DNA of 57,336 bases, filler included, from an uncultured Clostridia bacterium (GCA_964482715.1; 8 parts of 8 records of this genome joined end to end with filler, not necessarily neighbours in it); one strand, 5' to 3'; shown: positions 18,676 to 28,331, numbered from the whole stretch's first letter. The notes: a model not told the origin generated them from the letters alone. Made by a program: numbers and translations.

Positions 18676-21492
18676 TTAAAACACTCCTCCCAGGGCGAGG
18701 AAAAAACGTCCCTTTCTGTCATAGTCAAAAGGCCAGGCCATTCCCATTCGCAATACCAGAGAAGATTTACCAAAGGGAAGCATTCTGAAGCGAAGCTCAA
18801 ATCCTGCACTCCTTTTGATTTTATTTGTATCCAGTCTCGCCTCTTCTCTCCAGCAAGACCCTGCATCAAAAAACAAGCATCCCCCTACTGAATCAAAGTA
18901 AAAAAAGGAAGAACCCCCAATTCTCCTCCACCAGTCAAATCGATATTCAGCTGAAGCAAAAGCAAGATTTTCTCCGACAAGATAGTCTTCAGGATAACCT
19001 CTCAAATCACCCCATCCTCCAAGAGAGAAAGCAAGGCGGGGCTCTCTCTTTGTGTTTTCTACCCTTCTTCCGGTAAGACGCAGGGCAAACCCCTGCTTTT
19101 TATTGATAAACCAGTAATTTCTAAGATCAAAGTATCCAGCTCTGTAACCAAGGTCACTTTTGACCTCTTCACCTGCCCATTCAAGTCCAAGATAAGCCTG
19201 TGTGCCTCGAGGAAGAAGCTCTGGTTCTCGCACCAGTAGTTGATTAAAATAAAAAAGTCCCATTCCTGCTCCTCTCACCATTCCTCTCCAGGGAACAAGG
19301 TCCAGGGAATAGTTAAAAAGCTGAGTGTCAAGTTTTTGAGAAAAATAGAAAGTCTCCAGGGCTATACTGTCATTGAGGAAGTAGGTAAATCCAGCTGTCC
19401 CCCCGGAAATGTAGGTGAGGAATACCTCATCTTGAAAAGAAGACCACCCTCTTAAATGATAAAGATCCATCCAGATGGTAGGTTCCAAAAAGTGGTTGAG
19501 GTAAAGCATTTCGAATTGAAAATCTTCAGATAAATAGGCAGAACCAGCTACCTGGTGTTTTTCCAGAATGTCCGAAGCATAAAAGTCCAGTGAGAAAAAA
19601 GATTCTTCCTCACTGACAGAGAACCAGGGGAAAATATAGTTAAGGTTTAATTCTGGTCGGTAAGGATAGGTTTTTAGCTTGGAGAATTGTGATTTTCCCT
19701 CCCATTCGCCTATAATTTCTTCTTTTTCCTCTTCGATTTTCCATTTCTTGTTTTTCTTACAGGTTTTGCCAGAAAGTTCCCGAAGAGAAAAAAGATACAG
19801 AGAAAAGGTTTCCTTTTCAAAACCAGAAAAAATTATTTTTTCCCCGTCAGGAGAAATCCGGGGTTCAAAAATGCCCCCTTTTACCTGCAAATGGCAAATG
19901 ATCTCGCCATTTTTTAAGTTATAAGAAAAGAGGTTGAAGCTCCCTTTTTCTCTATTAGAGACAAAAAAAACTTTTTCCCCGTCAGGAGAAAATACAGGAG
20001 ATCTGTCGTCTGCCAGATCCCGGGTTAAGGCTTTTAATTTCTTTCCCTTTATTTCCAGGAGATAAATGTCCCTTTTTCCCTTTTCAAAACGAACAAAAGC
20101 AATTTTATCTCCCTCAGGAGAAAAAGAAGGAGAGAAGTTCTGGGACAGTCCATCGTGACTGAAGGTGAGGGCGGTTTTACTTCCTTTTTTCAGGTCTAAA
20201 AGGTAAAGATTAGAATTTCCTCCTTCTGATTTCACAAAAACTATACTCTTACCATCGAGTGAAAAAACTGGCTGAGAAGCCCTTTCTCCCCAGGTTAATC
20301 GTTCAATTTTACCGGTTTTAATATTCACCTTATAAAGATCAGACAGAAAAGCTCTTTTTGGAGAATAAAACTGTGTTTTAGAATAAACAATATATTTTCC
20401 ATCAGGAGAAAAAGAAAAGTAGGGATCTATTCCAGTGGCTATTTTTCTAACCTTTCTATTTGTAAGCTCCATAAGATAAAGGTCAAAGATAGCAAAATCG
20501 TAACCTTTATCAGAGGCAAAAGCTACTTTTTGTCCATCAGGAGAGAAAACCGGGTGTCTTATTCTTCTTCCCCAGGAAAGAAGGAGTTTCTCTGAAGGCA
20601 AAATATTTCCCCTTTCCCCCTTGTACTTTTTTATGATGTGCTCTCTCCATTCTCCGTATAATTCCAGGCTGTTTTTACCCAGACATTCCTTCAATGCCTG
20701 ATCAAAGTTGGGAAATCTGGGGATAGGATATAGAAAACCATTTCCTGTCAGATCTACAACCCCAATTAACCTTATTAAAGGTTGCCTTCGCAGATTGAGG
20801 AGAATCCCGGCTATTTTATCTTTTCCGTAGGTGTCAAATATGTAGCGGACAAAACTATCTGATTGATAGTAACCACTCATTCTCCCCCAGCCGTCAAAGA
20901 AGTAAAATGAGCCAAGTTCTCCTTCTGACATTATTCTGTTTTCTCTTGCCTGCTCTCCCACAACCATTTCTTTGAGCGAATGCCATTCTTCGGCAAGATA
21001 TTGGGCCAATCCTTCGACAAACCACATGGGCATAATCATATTGACCATTGCTTTTCGAAGAGGAACAATGGATTCATCTATAGCGGCAAAGCTGAGGTAG
21101 TGAACTAATTCATGCCCCAGTACCTCTTTTATCCAGTTTAGAGTTCCTGCAGTCTGAAAAGGGTCAGATTGAGCCTGAATTACTATTTTTCGAGTAAAAA
21201 TGGAGGTATATCCCCCGGTGGTGTCGTTATAGTTTTCTATTATCACAGGAATTTTAAATCGAGGAGAGTAACCAATATACTGGACTTGCTTCTGATAAAG
21301 CTCTTCAGCTATACGGGCAGTATTTCTGGCAAAACTTTCCTCATTCTGGTGATAATGGATTAAAAAATGGGGAGTTTCGATTACTTTCCAGGTGAGTTCC
21401 GGATGGTTAAACTGAGGATAAGCATCTGGAGTGGTAAGAAAGACAAAAAGCACACAATACAAAAAAATATACTGCCACTGCCATTTTCCCAT
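18676..21492 (-). CDS. gluzincin-like peptidase + PD40/TolB-like beta-propeller + Omp85-type beta-barrel fusion protein
   Basis: Signal peptide; HELVH...WFVEGLAQY; repeated FSPDG; LGG..DLRGY, EYRF, FFDAG, terminal GGVF. Confidence 0.85.
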   Translation of the reverse strand: MGKWQWQYIFLYCVLFVFLTTPDAYPQFNHPELTWKVIETPHFLIHYHQNEESFARNTARIAEELYQKQVQYIGYSPRFKIPVIIENYNDTTGGYTSIFTRKIVIQAQSDPFQTAGTLNWIKEVLGHELVHYLSFAAIDESIVPLRKAMVNMIMPMWFVEGLAQYLAEEWHSLKEMVVGEQARENRIMSEGELGSFYFFDGWGRMSGYYQSDSFVRYIFDTYGKDKIAGILLNLRRQPLIRLIGVVDLTGNGFLYPIPRFPNFDQALKECLGKNSLELYGEWREHIIKKYKGERGNILPSEKLLLSWGRRIRHPVFSPDGQKVAFASDKGYDFAIFDLYLMELTNRKVRKIATGIDPYFSFSPDGKYIVYSKTQFYSPKRAFLSDLYKVNIKTGKIERLTWGERASQPVFSLDGKSIVFVKSEGGNSNLYLLDLKKGSKTALTFSHDGLSQNFSPSFSPEGDKIAFVRFEKGKRDIYLLEIKGKKLKALTRDLADDRSPVFSPDGEKVFFVSNREKGSFNLFSYNLKNGEIICHLQVKGGIFEPRISPDGEKIIFSGFEKETFSLYLFSLRELSGKTCKKNKKWKIEEEKEEIIGEWEGKSQFSKLKTYPYRPELNLNYIFPWFSVSEEESFFSLDFYASDILEKHQVAGSAYLSEDFQFEMLYLNHFLEPTIWMDLYHLRGWSSFQDEVFLTYISGGTAGFTYFLNDSIALETFYFSQKLDTQLFNYSLDLVPWRGMVRGAGMGLFYFNQLLVREPELLPRGTQAYLGLEWAGEEVKSDLGYRAGYFDLRNYWFINKKQGFALRLTGRRVENTKREPRLAFSLGGWGDLRGYPEDYLVGENLAFASAEYRFDWWRRIGGSSFFYFDSVGGCLFFDAGSCWREEARLDTNKIKRSAGFELRFRMLPFGKSSLVLRMGMAWPFDYDRKGRFFLALGGVF

Positions 21493-21511
21493 TTACTTTT
21501 TGCTTTCCTGT

Positions 21512-22033
21512 TTAGAGGATTTTTCCTACTTTAACCCTGATCTCTCTAACGTTTTCAATACCAACTGTATTTTTGAGGTAATTCTTGACAACAGTTTGGA
21601 GTTCATCGATTAATCTGGGTATCTCTCCCTGGGCATGAGCAGAAAGTGTGAGATCTACATCAATTCCCTCTTCTTCAGATTTAACTTTTGCCTTGAGATC
21701 TTCAACTCCCTCAACTTCTTTGCCCACTCGTTGAATGAAATCGCAGATTGCTCTCTGCGATACCTCAACTTCCCCCAGGGGGTTTCTCAGAGATATGGAG
21801 GTAGTTTTTCTTTCTGTCCAGGTCATCAAAGGAAGATAAACACTTAAAATCAAGAGAAACAGGAAAACGATCGCTACACCAATCCTTATAAATATGTTAA
21901 GTTCCAGTCCGGTTAAAGCACTGAATAGAACAATTCTGGGCAAAATTTCAGTGGTCGCCAGAAATCCTCCCAGAGAAAGTGCTCCCAGAGCAACCAATCC
22001 TATTACCCACAGAGCTTTTTGATAAATTTTCAT
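21512..22033 (-). CDS. amaP: alkaline shock response membrane anchor protein AmaP-like
   Basis: Two TM helices, GEV.VS..AI, LQ..VK.YL...VGI...EI.VKV; next to asp23. Confidence 0.75.
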   Translation of the reverse strand: MKIYQKALWVIGLVALGALSLGGFLATTEILPRIVLFSALTGLELNIFIRIGVAIVFLFLLILSVYLPLMTWTERKTTSISLRNPLGEVEVSQRAICDFIQRVGKEVEGVEDLKAKVKSEEEGIDVDLTLSAHAQGEIPRLIDELQTVVKNYLKNTVGIENVREIRVKVGKIL

Positions 22034-22054
22034 AACAGACCTCCTCAGCTGAGG

Positions 22055-22360
22055 TTAAGATGAGGACCTAATCCCCTTTATAGTTACATTTATTCTTTCT
22101 ATGGGGGTACCAAGAGTTGTTTCCAGCTCCTGTTTTAACTTCTTCTGGATTTCTTCAACCACTATGGGAATAGAAACCCCTCTTTTTACCACCACTCCTA
22201 AAGATAGAATTTTACCTTTTCCACTATTTTTTATCTTAATCTCTTTTCCTAAAAGACCCTTTTTGATAGAGTGAACATCACTTACCTCAGAAATTAACTC
22301 TTCAATCAACCCCACCAGAGCCTTTTTCTCTACGTGGTAACTTTCATCCTTTTTTGTCAA
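22055..22360 (-). CDS. Asp23/Gls24 family envelope stress response protein
   Basis: TTG start after AAGGAGG; G.SIP.V.EEIQ..LK..LE..LG.....INVTI.GI. Confidence 0.82.
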   Translation of the reverse strand: MTKKDESYHVEKKALVGLIEELISEVSDVHSIKKGLLGKEIKIKNSGKGKILSLGVVVKRGVSIPIVVEEIQKKLKQELETTLGTPIERINVTIKGIRSSS

Positions 22361-22370
22361 AAAAGCCTCC

Positions 22371-23726
22371 TTATTTTTGCTGGAATTTTTGCAATTCCTC
22401 ATCCACAAAGGTTGTAAAGAATTCTCCCTTTACAAATTTTTCATGCTCAATAACCCACTGATGGAAGGGAATAGTTGTTTTTACACCCTCGATAATAAAT
22501 TCTTCCAGAGCCCTTTTCATCCTGCTCAGGGCCTCCTCTCTATTCAATCCCCAGCTGATTAACTTGGCAATAAGAGAATCATAGCAGGCAGGAATGGTGT
22601 AACCAGTGAAAACATGGGTATCAACTCTTATGCCAGGGCCACCAGGAGTGTGAAAACTCGTAATTTTTCCTGGACTGGGAGCGAAGTTTTTATCCGGGTC
22701 CTCTGCGTTAATCCTGCATTCAATTGCTGAACCTTCTATCTTTATATCTTCCTGGGTGTAGCCGAGTGGTTCTCCTCCAGCGAGTCTTATCTGATCTTTT
22801 ACCAGGTCTCTACCAGTAACCATTTCCGTTACTGGATGTTCTACCTGCAGTCTTGTATTCATTTCCATGAAATAGAAGTTTTTGTTTTCATCCATCAGAA
22901 ATTCTACGGTTCCTGCTCCAGTATAACCAAGCTCTCTGGCCACTTTTACAGCCACTTCCCCCATTTTTTGTCTTAACTTCTGATCAATGAAGGGTGAAGG
23001 AGATTCTTCTATCAACTTTTGATACCTTCTCTGAACGGAGCAGTTTCGTTCACCAAAGTGAACCACTTCTCCAGAGTGGTCCGCCAAAATCTGAAATTCA
23101 ATATGTCTTGCCCTGACAATGTATTTTTCCACATAAAGATCAGGTCTTCCAAAAGAAGATTTAGCCTCTTCTCTGGCCAGTGGAAATAGGGTTTCCAGAT
23201 CTTCTTTTTTCCAGATCACCCTCATCCCTCTTCCACCTCCACCCATAGTGGCTTTTAATATAACCGGATATCCGATTTCCGCGACTATTTCTTCCACCTC
23301 CTCCTTACTTTGCACCACCTTCGTCGAACCTGGAACTACAGGGATTCCTGCTCTGGCCAGAGTATTTCGAGCCTCTAACTTGTTTCCCAGTTTTCTCATT
23401 ACTTCATGACTTGGTCCGATGAATTCCAGTCCAGAACTTCTACAAACCTCGGCAAACTGTTCATTTTCAGCCAAAAATCCGTAGCCAGGGTGAATAGCAT
23501 CAACACCGGCAATTTCAGCAGCGCTTATTATTCGGGGAACATTAAGATAACTCTCCGCTGGTTCACGAGGCCCGATGCATATGGCTTCATCAGCTAAAAG
23601 AACAGGCAATGACTTTTCATCCTCTTTGGAAAAAACTACAACTGATTCTATTCCAAGTTCCTTGCAAGCTCTGACAATCCTTAGAGCTATCTCCCCGCGG
23701 TTCGCAATAAGAATCTTGGTAAACAT
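22371..23726 (-). CDS. accC: acetyl-CoA carboxylase biotin carboxylase
   Basis: KILIANRGEIA, HPGYGFLAEN, GGGGRG, EMNTRLQVEHPVTE, ECRINAED. Confidence 0.97.
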   Translation of the reverse strand: MFTKILIANRGEIALRIVRACKELGIESVVVFSKEDEKSLPVLLADEAICIGPREPAESYLNVPRIISAAEIAGVDAIHPGYGFLAENEQFAEVCRSSGLEFIGPSHEVMRKLGNKLEARNTLARAGIPVVPGSTKVVQSKEEVEEIVAEIGYPVILKATMGGGGRGMRVIWKKEDLETLFPLAREEAKSSFGRPDLYVEKYIVRARHIEFQILADHSGEVVHFGERNCSVQRRYQKLIEESPSPFIDQKLRQKMGEVAVKVARELGYTGAGTVEFLMDENKNFYFMEMNTRLQVEHPVTEMVTGRDLVKDQIRLAGGEPLGYTQEDIKIEGSAIECRINAEDPDKNFAPSPGKITSFHTPGGPGIRVDTHVFTGYTIPACYDSLIAKLISWGLNREEALSRMKRALEEFIIEGVKTTIPFHQWVIEHEKFVKGEFFTTFVDEELQKFQQK

Positions 23727-24169
23727 TACTCTTTCTCAATGACAAAAAGTTCCTGGTCGTATTCTACCGGATGACCGTTTTCAACCAGTATTTTTTTCAC
23801 CCTTCCCGAGACTTCAGAAGTTATCTCGTTCATCACCTTCATAGCCTCAATAATACAGAGAGTCTGCCCGGGATGAACTATCTGGCCAATTTCTACAAAA
23901 GGTGGTTCTCCAGGTGAAGGTGAACGATAGAAAGTTCCCACCAGAGGTGATCTTATTACAACCTCCTTTTCATCCGGTTTTTCTTCTCCTTTCTCCACCG
24001 CTGGAAGTGCTTCTACTGTTTCCATTTCGGGAGTCCGGTATTCTGTGGCCACAGAAGGAGTGGCCTTTTTTACCAGGCGAAGACGTACCCCCTTTTCCTC
24101 TATTTCAAGTTCAGACAGCGAAGAAGATTCAAAAATACCGATTATCTTCCGCAGGTCTTCAAGGTCCAT
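23726..24169 (-). CDS. accB: acetyl-CoA carboxylase biotin carboxyl carrier protein
   Basis: [22 protein letters not shown]. Confidence 0.97.
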   Translation of the reverse strand: MDLEDLRKIIGIFESSSLSELEIEEKGVRLRLVKKATPSVATEYRTPEMETVEALPAVEKGEEKPDEKEVVIRSPLVGTFYRSPSPGEPPFVEIGQIVHPGQTLCIIEAMKVMNEITSEVSGRVKKILVENGHPVEYDQELFVIEKE

Positions 24170-24178
24170 CTTTTTGTC

Positions 24179-24736
24179 CTATTTTTTACCTATATATTCC
24201 CCCGAACGGGTATCAATCCGGATAATATCACCTTCTTTCACAAAAAGTGGAACCTGAACTGTGTAACCTGATTCAACAGTTACAGGTTTAGTTGCAGAAC
24301 CCACAGTATCCCCTTTAACTCCTGGCTCAGCTTTAATAACCTTCATTTCAACAACAGTGGGAAGCTCAAGACCTACCACCTTTCCCTCGTATATCTGAAG
24401 GCTCACTTCCATATTCTCCTTCAAGAAGGGAAGCTTATCGGTAATCTGATCCTTAGAAAGTATTCTCTCCTCATAGGTCTCAAGGTCCATAAAATGAAAA
24501 TTATCTGCCTCACGGTAAAGATACTGAGCAGGTTTTTGTTCAATAAAAGCATCCTTTATTTTTTCCTCAGGTTGGAATATCTTTCTTATAACCTGGGAGG
24601 TGAAAAGGTTTTTAAGTTTAGTTCTAACAAAAGCACCTCCCCTTGCTCTTTTCACATGTTCAAATTCCTCAACAACATAGAGGGTCCCATCCAGTTCTAT
24701 CTTGGTTCCCTGTCTTAAATCATTGGCGGTAATCAT
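24179..24736 (-). CDS. efp: elongation factor P (non-canonical KRARGG loop)
   Basis: AFVRTKLKNL, QYLY, PGVKGDT, VPLFV..GD.IRIDTR.GEY. Confidence 0.96.
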   Translation of the reverse strand: MITANDLRQGTKIELDGTLYVVEEFEHVKRARGGAFVRTKLKNLFTSQVIRKIFQPEEKIKDAFIEQKPAQYLYREADNFHFMDLETYEERILSKDQITDKLPFLKENMEVSLQIYEGKVVGLELPTVVEMKVIKAEPGVKGDTVGSATKPVTVESGYTVQVPLFVKEGDIIRIDTRSGEYIGKK

Positions 24737-25755
24737 GGTAAAACTTTACCTCCTTCGTTGGTTATCAGTACCATTTCTTCTAATCTGATTCCTCCCTTTC
24801 CGGGAAAATAAACTCCTGGTTCAACTGTAATAATCATTTTTTCTTCCAGGACATCATCGGAGTTTCGGGTGAGAGAGGGATACTCATGAATTTCAAGACC
24901 CACTCCATGACCTGTACCATGCAGAAGATTGTCTTTAAAGCCAGCTTTCTCAAATTTCTCTCTCACTCTACCATCAATCTGGGAACATTTTTCACCGGGT
25001 GTTATAGATTGAATTGCTTTTTGCTGGATTTCCTGAACCAGGGCTTTAATTTCTTCCCATTTGGTGTTTTCTCCCCAGATAAATGTCCTGGTAAGGTCCG
25101 CACAGTACCCGTTAAATTTTGCCCCTATATCCACAAGTACAAGATCGCCCTTTTTCAGGCTACGAGAACTACAGGAGCCATGCGGAAGGGAAGTTCGTTC
25201 ACCAAAGAGAACAATAGGGAAAAAGGAAAATCCATCAGCCTCCTTCAAAAGGTATTTTATAGCCTCTCCAACTACCTGTTTCTCACTGATCCCTGGTTGC
25301 AGGATTTCCTTTATATAATCAAGAGCTTGTAAGGTCAACTTACAGGCTTTTGTCAAAAACTCAATTTCTGAGTCCTCCTTTTTTGCTCTTATTTTCTGTG
25401 TAAAACTTGTCTGAGGAATAAGTTGTCCTTTAAATTTCACTGATATTTTCTGGTATTGATCAAAAGGGAGGTTACTTGCTTCAAAACCGCATCTTCTTAT
25501 TTTCACCTTCTGGCTTAACTTTCCCAAAATATCTTCCATGGTATCTTCTCTTATGATGACCTCCCAGTCACCCCTGAGAGATTCTTCTCGATACATGGGG
25601 GTTGTAATGATGAATCTGTCATCGTTAGTAAAAAGAACACAGCCTTTGGTCCATATCCCCGAGAAGTAAAAAATATCAGCCTCCTTTGTAATAAGAAAGG
25701 CATCCAGATTTTCTTCCTCCATCTTCCTTCTCAGTTTTTCCCAGCGTAAATTCAT
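24733..25755 (-). CDS. Xaa-Pro aminopeptidase (M24)
   Basis: PHG, D.GA...GYCADLTRT, HGTGHGVGLEIHE, TVEPGVY, GIRLEE. Confidence 0.93.
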   Translation of the reverse strand: MNLRWEKLRRKMEEENLDAFLITKEADIFYFSGIWTKGCVLFTNDDRFIITTPMYREESLRGDWEVIIREDTMEDILGKLSQKVKIRRCGFEASNLPFDQYQKISVKFKGQLIPQTSFTQKIRAKKEDSEIEFLTKACKLTLQALDYIKEILQPGISEKQVVGEAIKYLLKEADGFSFFPIVLFGERTSLPHGSCSSRSLKKGDLVLVDIGAKFNGYCADLTRTFIWGENTKWEEIKALVQEIQQKAIQSITPGEKCSQIDGRVREKFEKAGFKDNLLHGTGHGVGLEIHEYPSLTRNSDDVLEEKMIITVEPGVYFPGKGGIRLEEMVLITNEGGKVLP

Positions 25756-25759
25756 CTTT

Positions 25760-26839
25760 TTACTCCAGATATTTTTTCATTTTTTCATCTTGTAGCAGGC
25801 TATCCACAAGGCCTTTTACTTCCTGAGATAGCTCTTTTGAAACCACCAAAAGACCCTTTTCCGAATTTACCACAATAACCTCAGACAACCCGATAATCCC
25901 CATGATTTTATCTTCTCGATTAATCAAAGTACAGTTTTTTGTCTTGATCTCTTTTACCAATCCTTTTATAATGTTTCCGTTCTCATCTTTGGGAAAGATT
26001 CTTTCCACTGCATGCCAGTCACCGACATCATCCCAGTAAAAGTCGGCTGGAATTACCACCGCTCTTTTGGTTTTCTCCATAACCGCATAATCAATAGAAA
26101 TTTTGGGAAGTTGAGGGTAAACTTCCTCTAATACTTTTTTTTCCTCAGGTGTATCCAGAGATTCCCTTATTTTTAACAGTCCTTTATAAAGGGGTGGAAG
26201 ATATTTTTTTATTTCCTGCAAAATCACACTGGGACGCCAGGCAAATATCCCGGCATTCCAGAGAAAATTTCCACTTTCAACAAATTCTTTTGCCTTTTTA
26301 TGAGAGGGTTTTTCTGTAAATCTTTTTAAATTATACAGAGGGATTTTCTTGTATTCAGCTATTTTCTCCCCGACCTCTATATACCCATATCCGGTTTCTA
26401 TTCGAGTTGGTTTAATACCAATGGTAACAAGATAATCCTTTTCTGCCTGATGGATAGCCGCTTCTATTATCAAATTAAATTTTTCATCATCTTCAATCAG
26501 ATGATCCGAGGGTAAAACAGCCATGGGTAAATTTCCCAGTTTTTTTTCAATCCAGACAGCAGCAAATCCAATACAGGGTGCGGTATCTCTTCCCACAGGC
26601 TCGGTCAAGATTTTATCAGGAGAAATTTCAGGAATATCTCGAAGTATTTGTTCTTTCAGTTCACTCCTTGTAACAAAGAGAGTATTACTGGCACCAAAAA
26701 GACGAGAACATCTTCTGTACGTTTGTTGAATGAAGCTCTCCCTGTTTTTGATTTTCATGAATTGCTTGGGATAACTAACCCCGCTTTCTGGCCAGAGTCT
26801 CTTTCCAAAACCTCCTGCCATAATTACACCAATACCCAT
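25760..26839 (-). CDS. manC: mannose-1-phosphate guanylyltransferase
   Basis: IMAGG.G.RLWP.S...PKQF, EP.GRDTAP, PSDH, ETGYGYI, ISIDYAVMEK, WDDVG.W. Confidence 0.93.
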   Translation of the reverse strand: MGIGVIMAGGFGKRLWPESGVSYPKQFMKIKNRESFIQQTYRRCSRLFGASNTLFVTRSELKEQILRDIPEISPDKILTEPVGRDTAPCIGFAAVWIEKKLGNLPMAVLPSDHLIEDDEKFNLIIEAAIHQAEKDYLVTIGIKPTRIETGYGYIEVGEKIAEYKKIPLYNLKRFTEKPSHKKAKEFVESGNFLWNAGIFAWRPSVILQEIKKYLPPLYKGLLKIRESLDTPEEKKVLEEVYPQLPKISIDYAVMEKTKRAVVIPADFYWDDVGDWHAVERIFPKDENGNIIKGLVKEIKTKNCTLINREDKIMGIIGLSEVIVVNSEKGLLVVSKELSQEVKGLVDSLLQDEKMKKYLE

Positions 26840-26872
26840 TAAACCCCCTGAAAGATTTATTTTTACTACTGA

Positions 26873-26901
26873 ATAATAATTAAAAAATAGTGTTCTGTCA
26901 A
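26873..26901 (-). promoter_or_regulatory. sigma70-type promoter of the manC-efp-acc operon
   Basis: TTGACA-17 nt-TATTAT on minus strand. Confidence 0.6.
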
Positions 26902-26974
26902 TTTTTCTGTCCTGATTGTAGCTATAATTTTATAAGCTTCACTTAAAACTTCAGTGTAGGAGACTTAATATTTT

Positions 26975-27074
26975 NNNNNNNNNNNNNNNNNNNNNNNNNN
27001 NNNNNNNNNNNNNNNNNNTTAATTAATTAANNNNNNNNNNNNNNNNNNNNNNNNNNNNNNNNNNNNNNNNNNNN
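26975..27074. other. artificial contig linker
   Basis: N44-TTAATTAATTAA-N44. Confidence 0.98.
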
Positions 27075-27092
27075 AAGTAAAATAGTAAACCT

Positions 27093-27114
27093 TTGTGACC
27101 ATATTGTGACTATA
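27093..27114. repeat. tandem 11-bp direct repeat, candidate tyrosine-integrase arm-type sites
   Basis: TTGTGACCATA-TTGTGACTATA, ~115 bp from the tRNA-Lys breakpoint. Confidence 0.5.
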
Positions 27115-27228
27115 ATTTGCACAAAATGGCATAAAATAACGTAACTAATGTAAATAATAAAATCTTGAAAATGAGGATCTGGAGAAGATTTTGGCTTTTA
27201 GGGTAGGTTTTAGAGAATTAGCTGGATT

Positions 27229-27269
27229 GGATTAAGAGTCCGTTGCTCTACCAGTTGAGCTAACAGCCC
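27229..27269 (-). pseudogene. 5' half of tRNA-Lys (CTT), interrupted in the anticodon stem
   Basis: GGGCTGTTAGCTCAACTGGTAGAGCA-ACGGA-CTCTTAA-TCC then unrelated AATCCAGCTAATTC; no T-arm and no 3' acceptor strand. Confidence 0.88.
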
Positions 27270-27273
27270 GTAG

Positions 27274-27349
27274 GGTGAGCGGGGGGACTTGAACCCCCGA
27301 CCACTGGGGCCACAACCCAGTGCTCTAACCAGGCTGAGCTACGCTCACC
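27274..27349 (-). tRNA. tRNA-His (GTG)
   Basis: G-1 + GTGAGCG acceptor, CTGGG-TTGTGGC-CCCAG anticodon arm, GGTTCAAGTCC, C73; CCA not fully encoded. Confidence 0.96.
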
Positions 27350-27375
27350 ATAAATGAATTATTTCGCCGTTTATT

Positions 27376-27403
27376 ATATTATTGAATTTACACCGGAAGT
27401 CAA
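27376..27403 (-). promoter_or_regulatory. promoter of the tRNA-His/tRNA-Lys operon
   Basis: TTGACT-16 nt-TAATAT on minus strand. Confidence 0.5.
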
Positions 27404-27955
27404 TATTACATAACTCCAGTTTCGGAAAAAATTCCAGAATACCTTGAGGTAAGCTCATCTTATTGATTTAAAATTGGTAAAAGTGGATTTAAGAGGTGAC
27501 AAAGAAGAAAAAATATGATAAAAAGGGTCACGGAGAAAAGAAACTTCATGAATTTTTCTGGAGGTTTTTAAGTAGATGGCTGACAGTAAAAAAGAGAATA
27601 TCCTGGGAAAATCCATCACCCTCCTTGGTGGTATATAGTTAGGAGAGTTTTCCATAGAAGGTAAAAAATATTTTGGGTCCAAAAGAAAAACCCTTTAAAA
27701 GATGTGCTTCTTGATATATTTGGCCTTCCTCCCTTTAATTTCGTAAAGGATAAGAGGGTTTGTAGTATACAACAAAAAATAAAAAATTTTTCTGATGTGA
27801 ACCTTCAGGTCCCACTCGGGAAATTAGGTAAAAAAATATTTCAGTATACCTGGACTATTGAGAAATTATATGGGGTAAAGTATTAAATTTTTTGGAGAAG
27901 TGTGCCCCAAAAACGGGCTTTTTTATGGTTTTAACTTTCTTAATAACATAGACCC

Positions 27956-28189
27956 TTATGTCTCCAGGATTTCTACTATTACCCTTTTGTTTTGTCTGTT
28001 GGCAACCGCTCCCATGAGAACTCTTAAAGCATTGGCTATTTTTCCGTTTTTTCCTATTATTTTACCCAGATCCTCACGTGCAGCCGATATTTCCAAGATC
28101 ACCGTACCCCCACCTCTTACCTCTCTCACCTCAAGCTCATTAGGGCTATCTACAATATGTCTGAGGATACGTTCCACCAATTCACGCAT
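27956..28189 (-). CDS. khpA: KH domain RNA-binding protein KhpA
   Basis: IVD.P..., D.GKIIGKNG..A.ALR; 77 aa. Confidence 0.9.
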   Translation of the reverse strand: MRELVERILRHIVDSPNELEVREVRGGGTVILEISAAREDLGKIIGKNGKIANALRVLMGAVANRQNKRVIVEILET

Positions 28190-28289
28190 TTATTCCTCCT
28201 TTTACCAAAATACAATTTTTCAGAACCATTTTCCATGAGGAATAAACCAGTATCTTTATTTTCTCCTGCTTAAAGGATTTGAGGTGTAA

Positions 28290-28320
28290 ATTATACTACC
28301 AAACTTTACCTCCATGTCAA
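28290..28320 (-). promoter_or_regulatory. promoter upstream of khpA
   Basis: TTGACA followed by overlapping TAGTAT/TATAAT (16/19 nt spacing) on minus strand. Confidence 0.5.
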
Positions 28321-28331
28321 CTTGCCGCATT

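Noticed and set aside
27229-27269. Group I intron in tRNA-Lys
   Set aside because: The break is in the 3' anticodon stem rather than the loop, and the following AT-rich sequence shows no intron core; kept only as a minor alternative.
27455-27886. Short ORFs between tRNA-His and khpA
   Set aside because: No recognisable motifs and low-complexity AT-rich composition; a small ORF after AAGGAGGGTG cannot be excluded but is unsupported.
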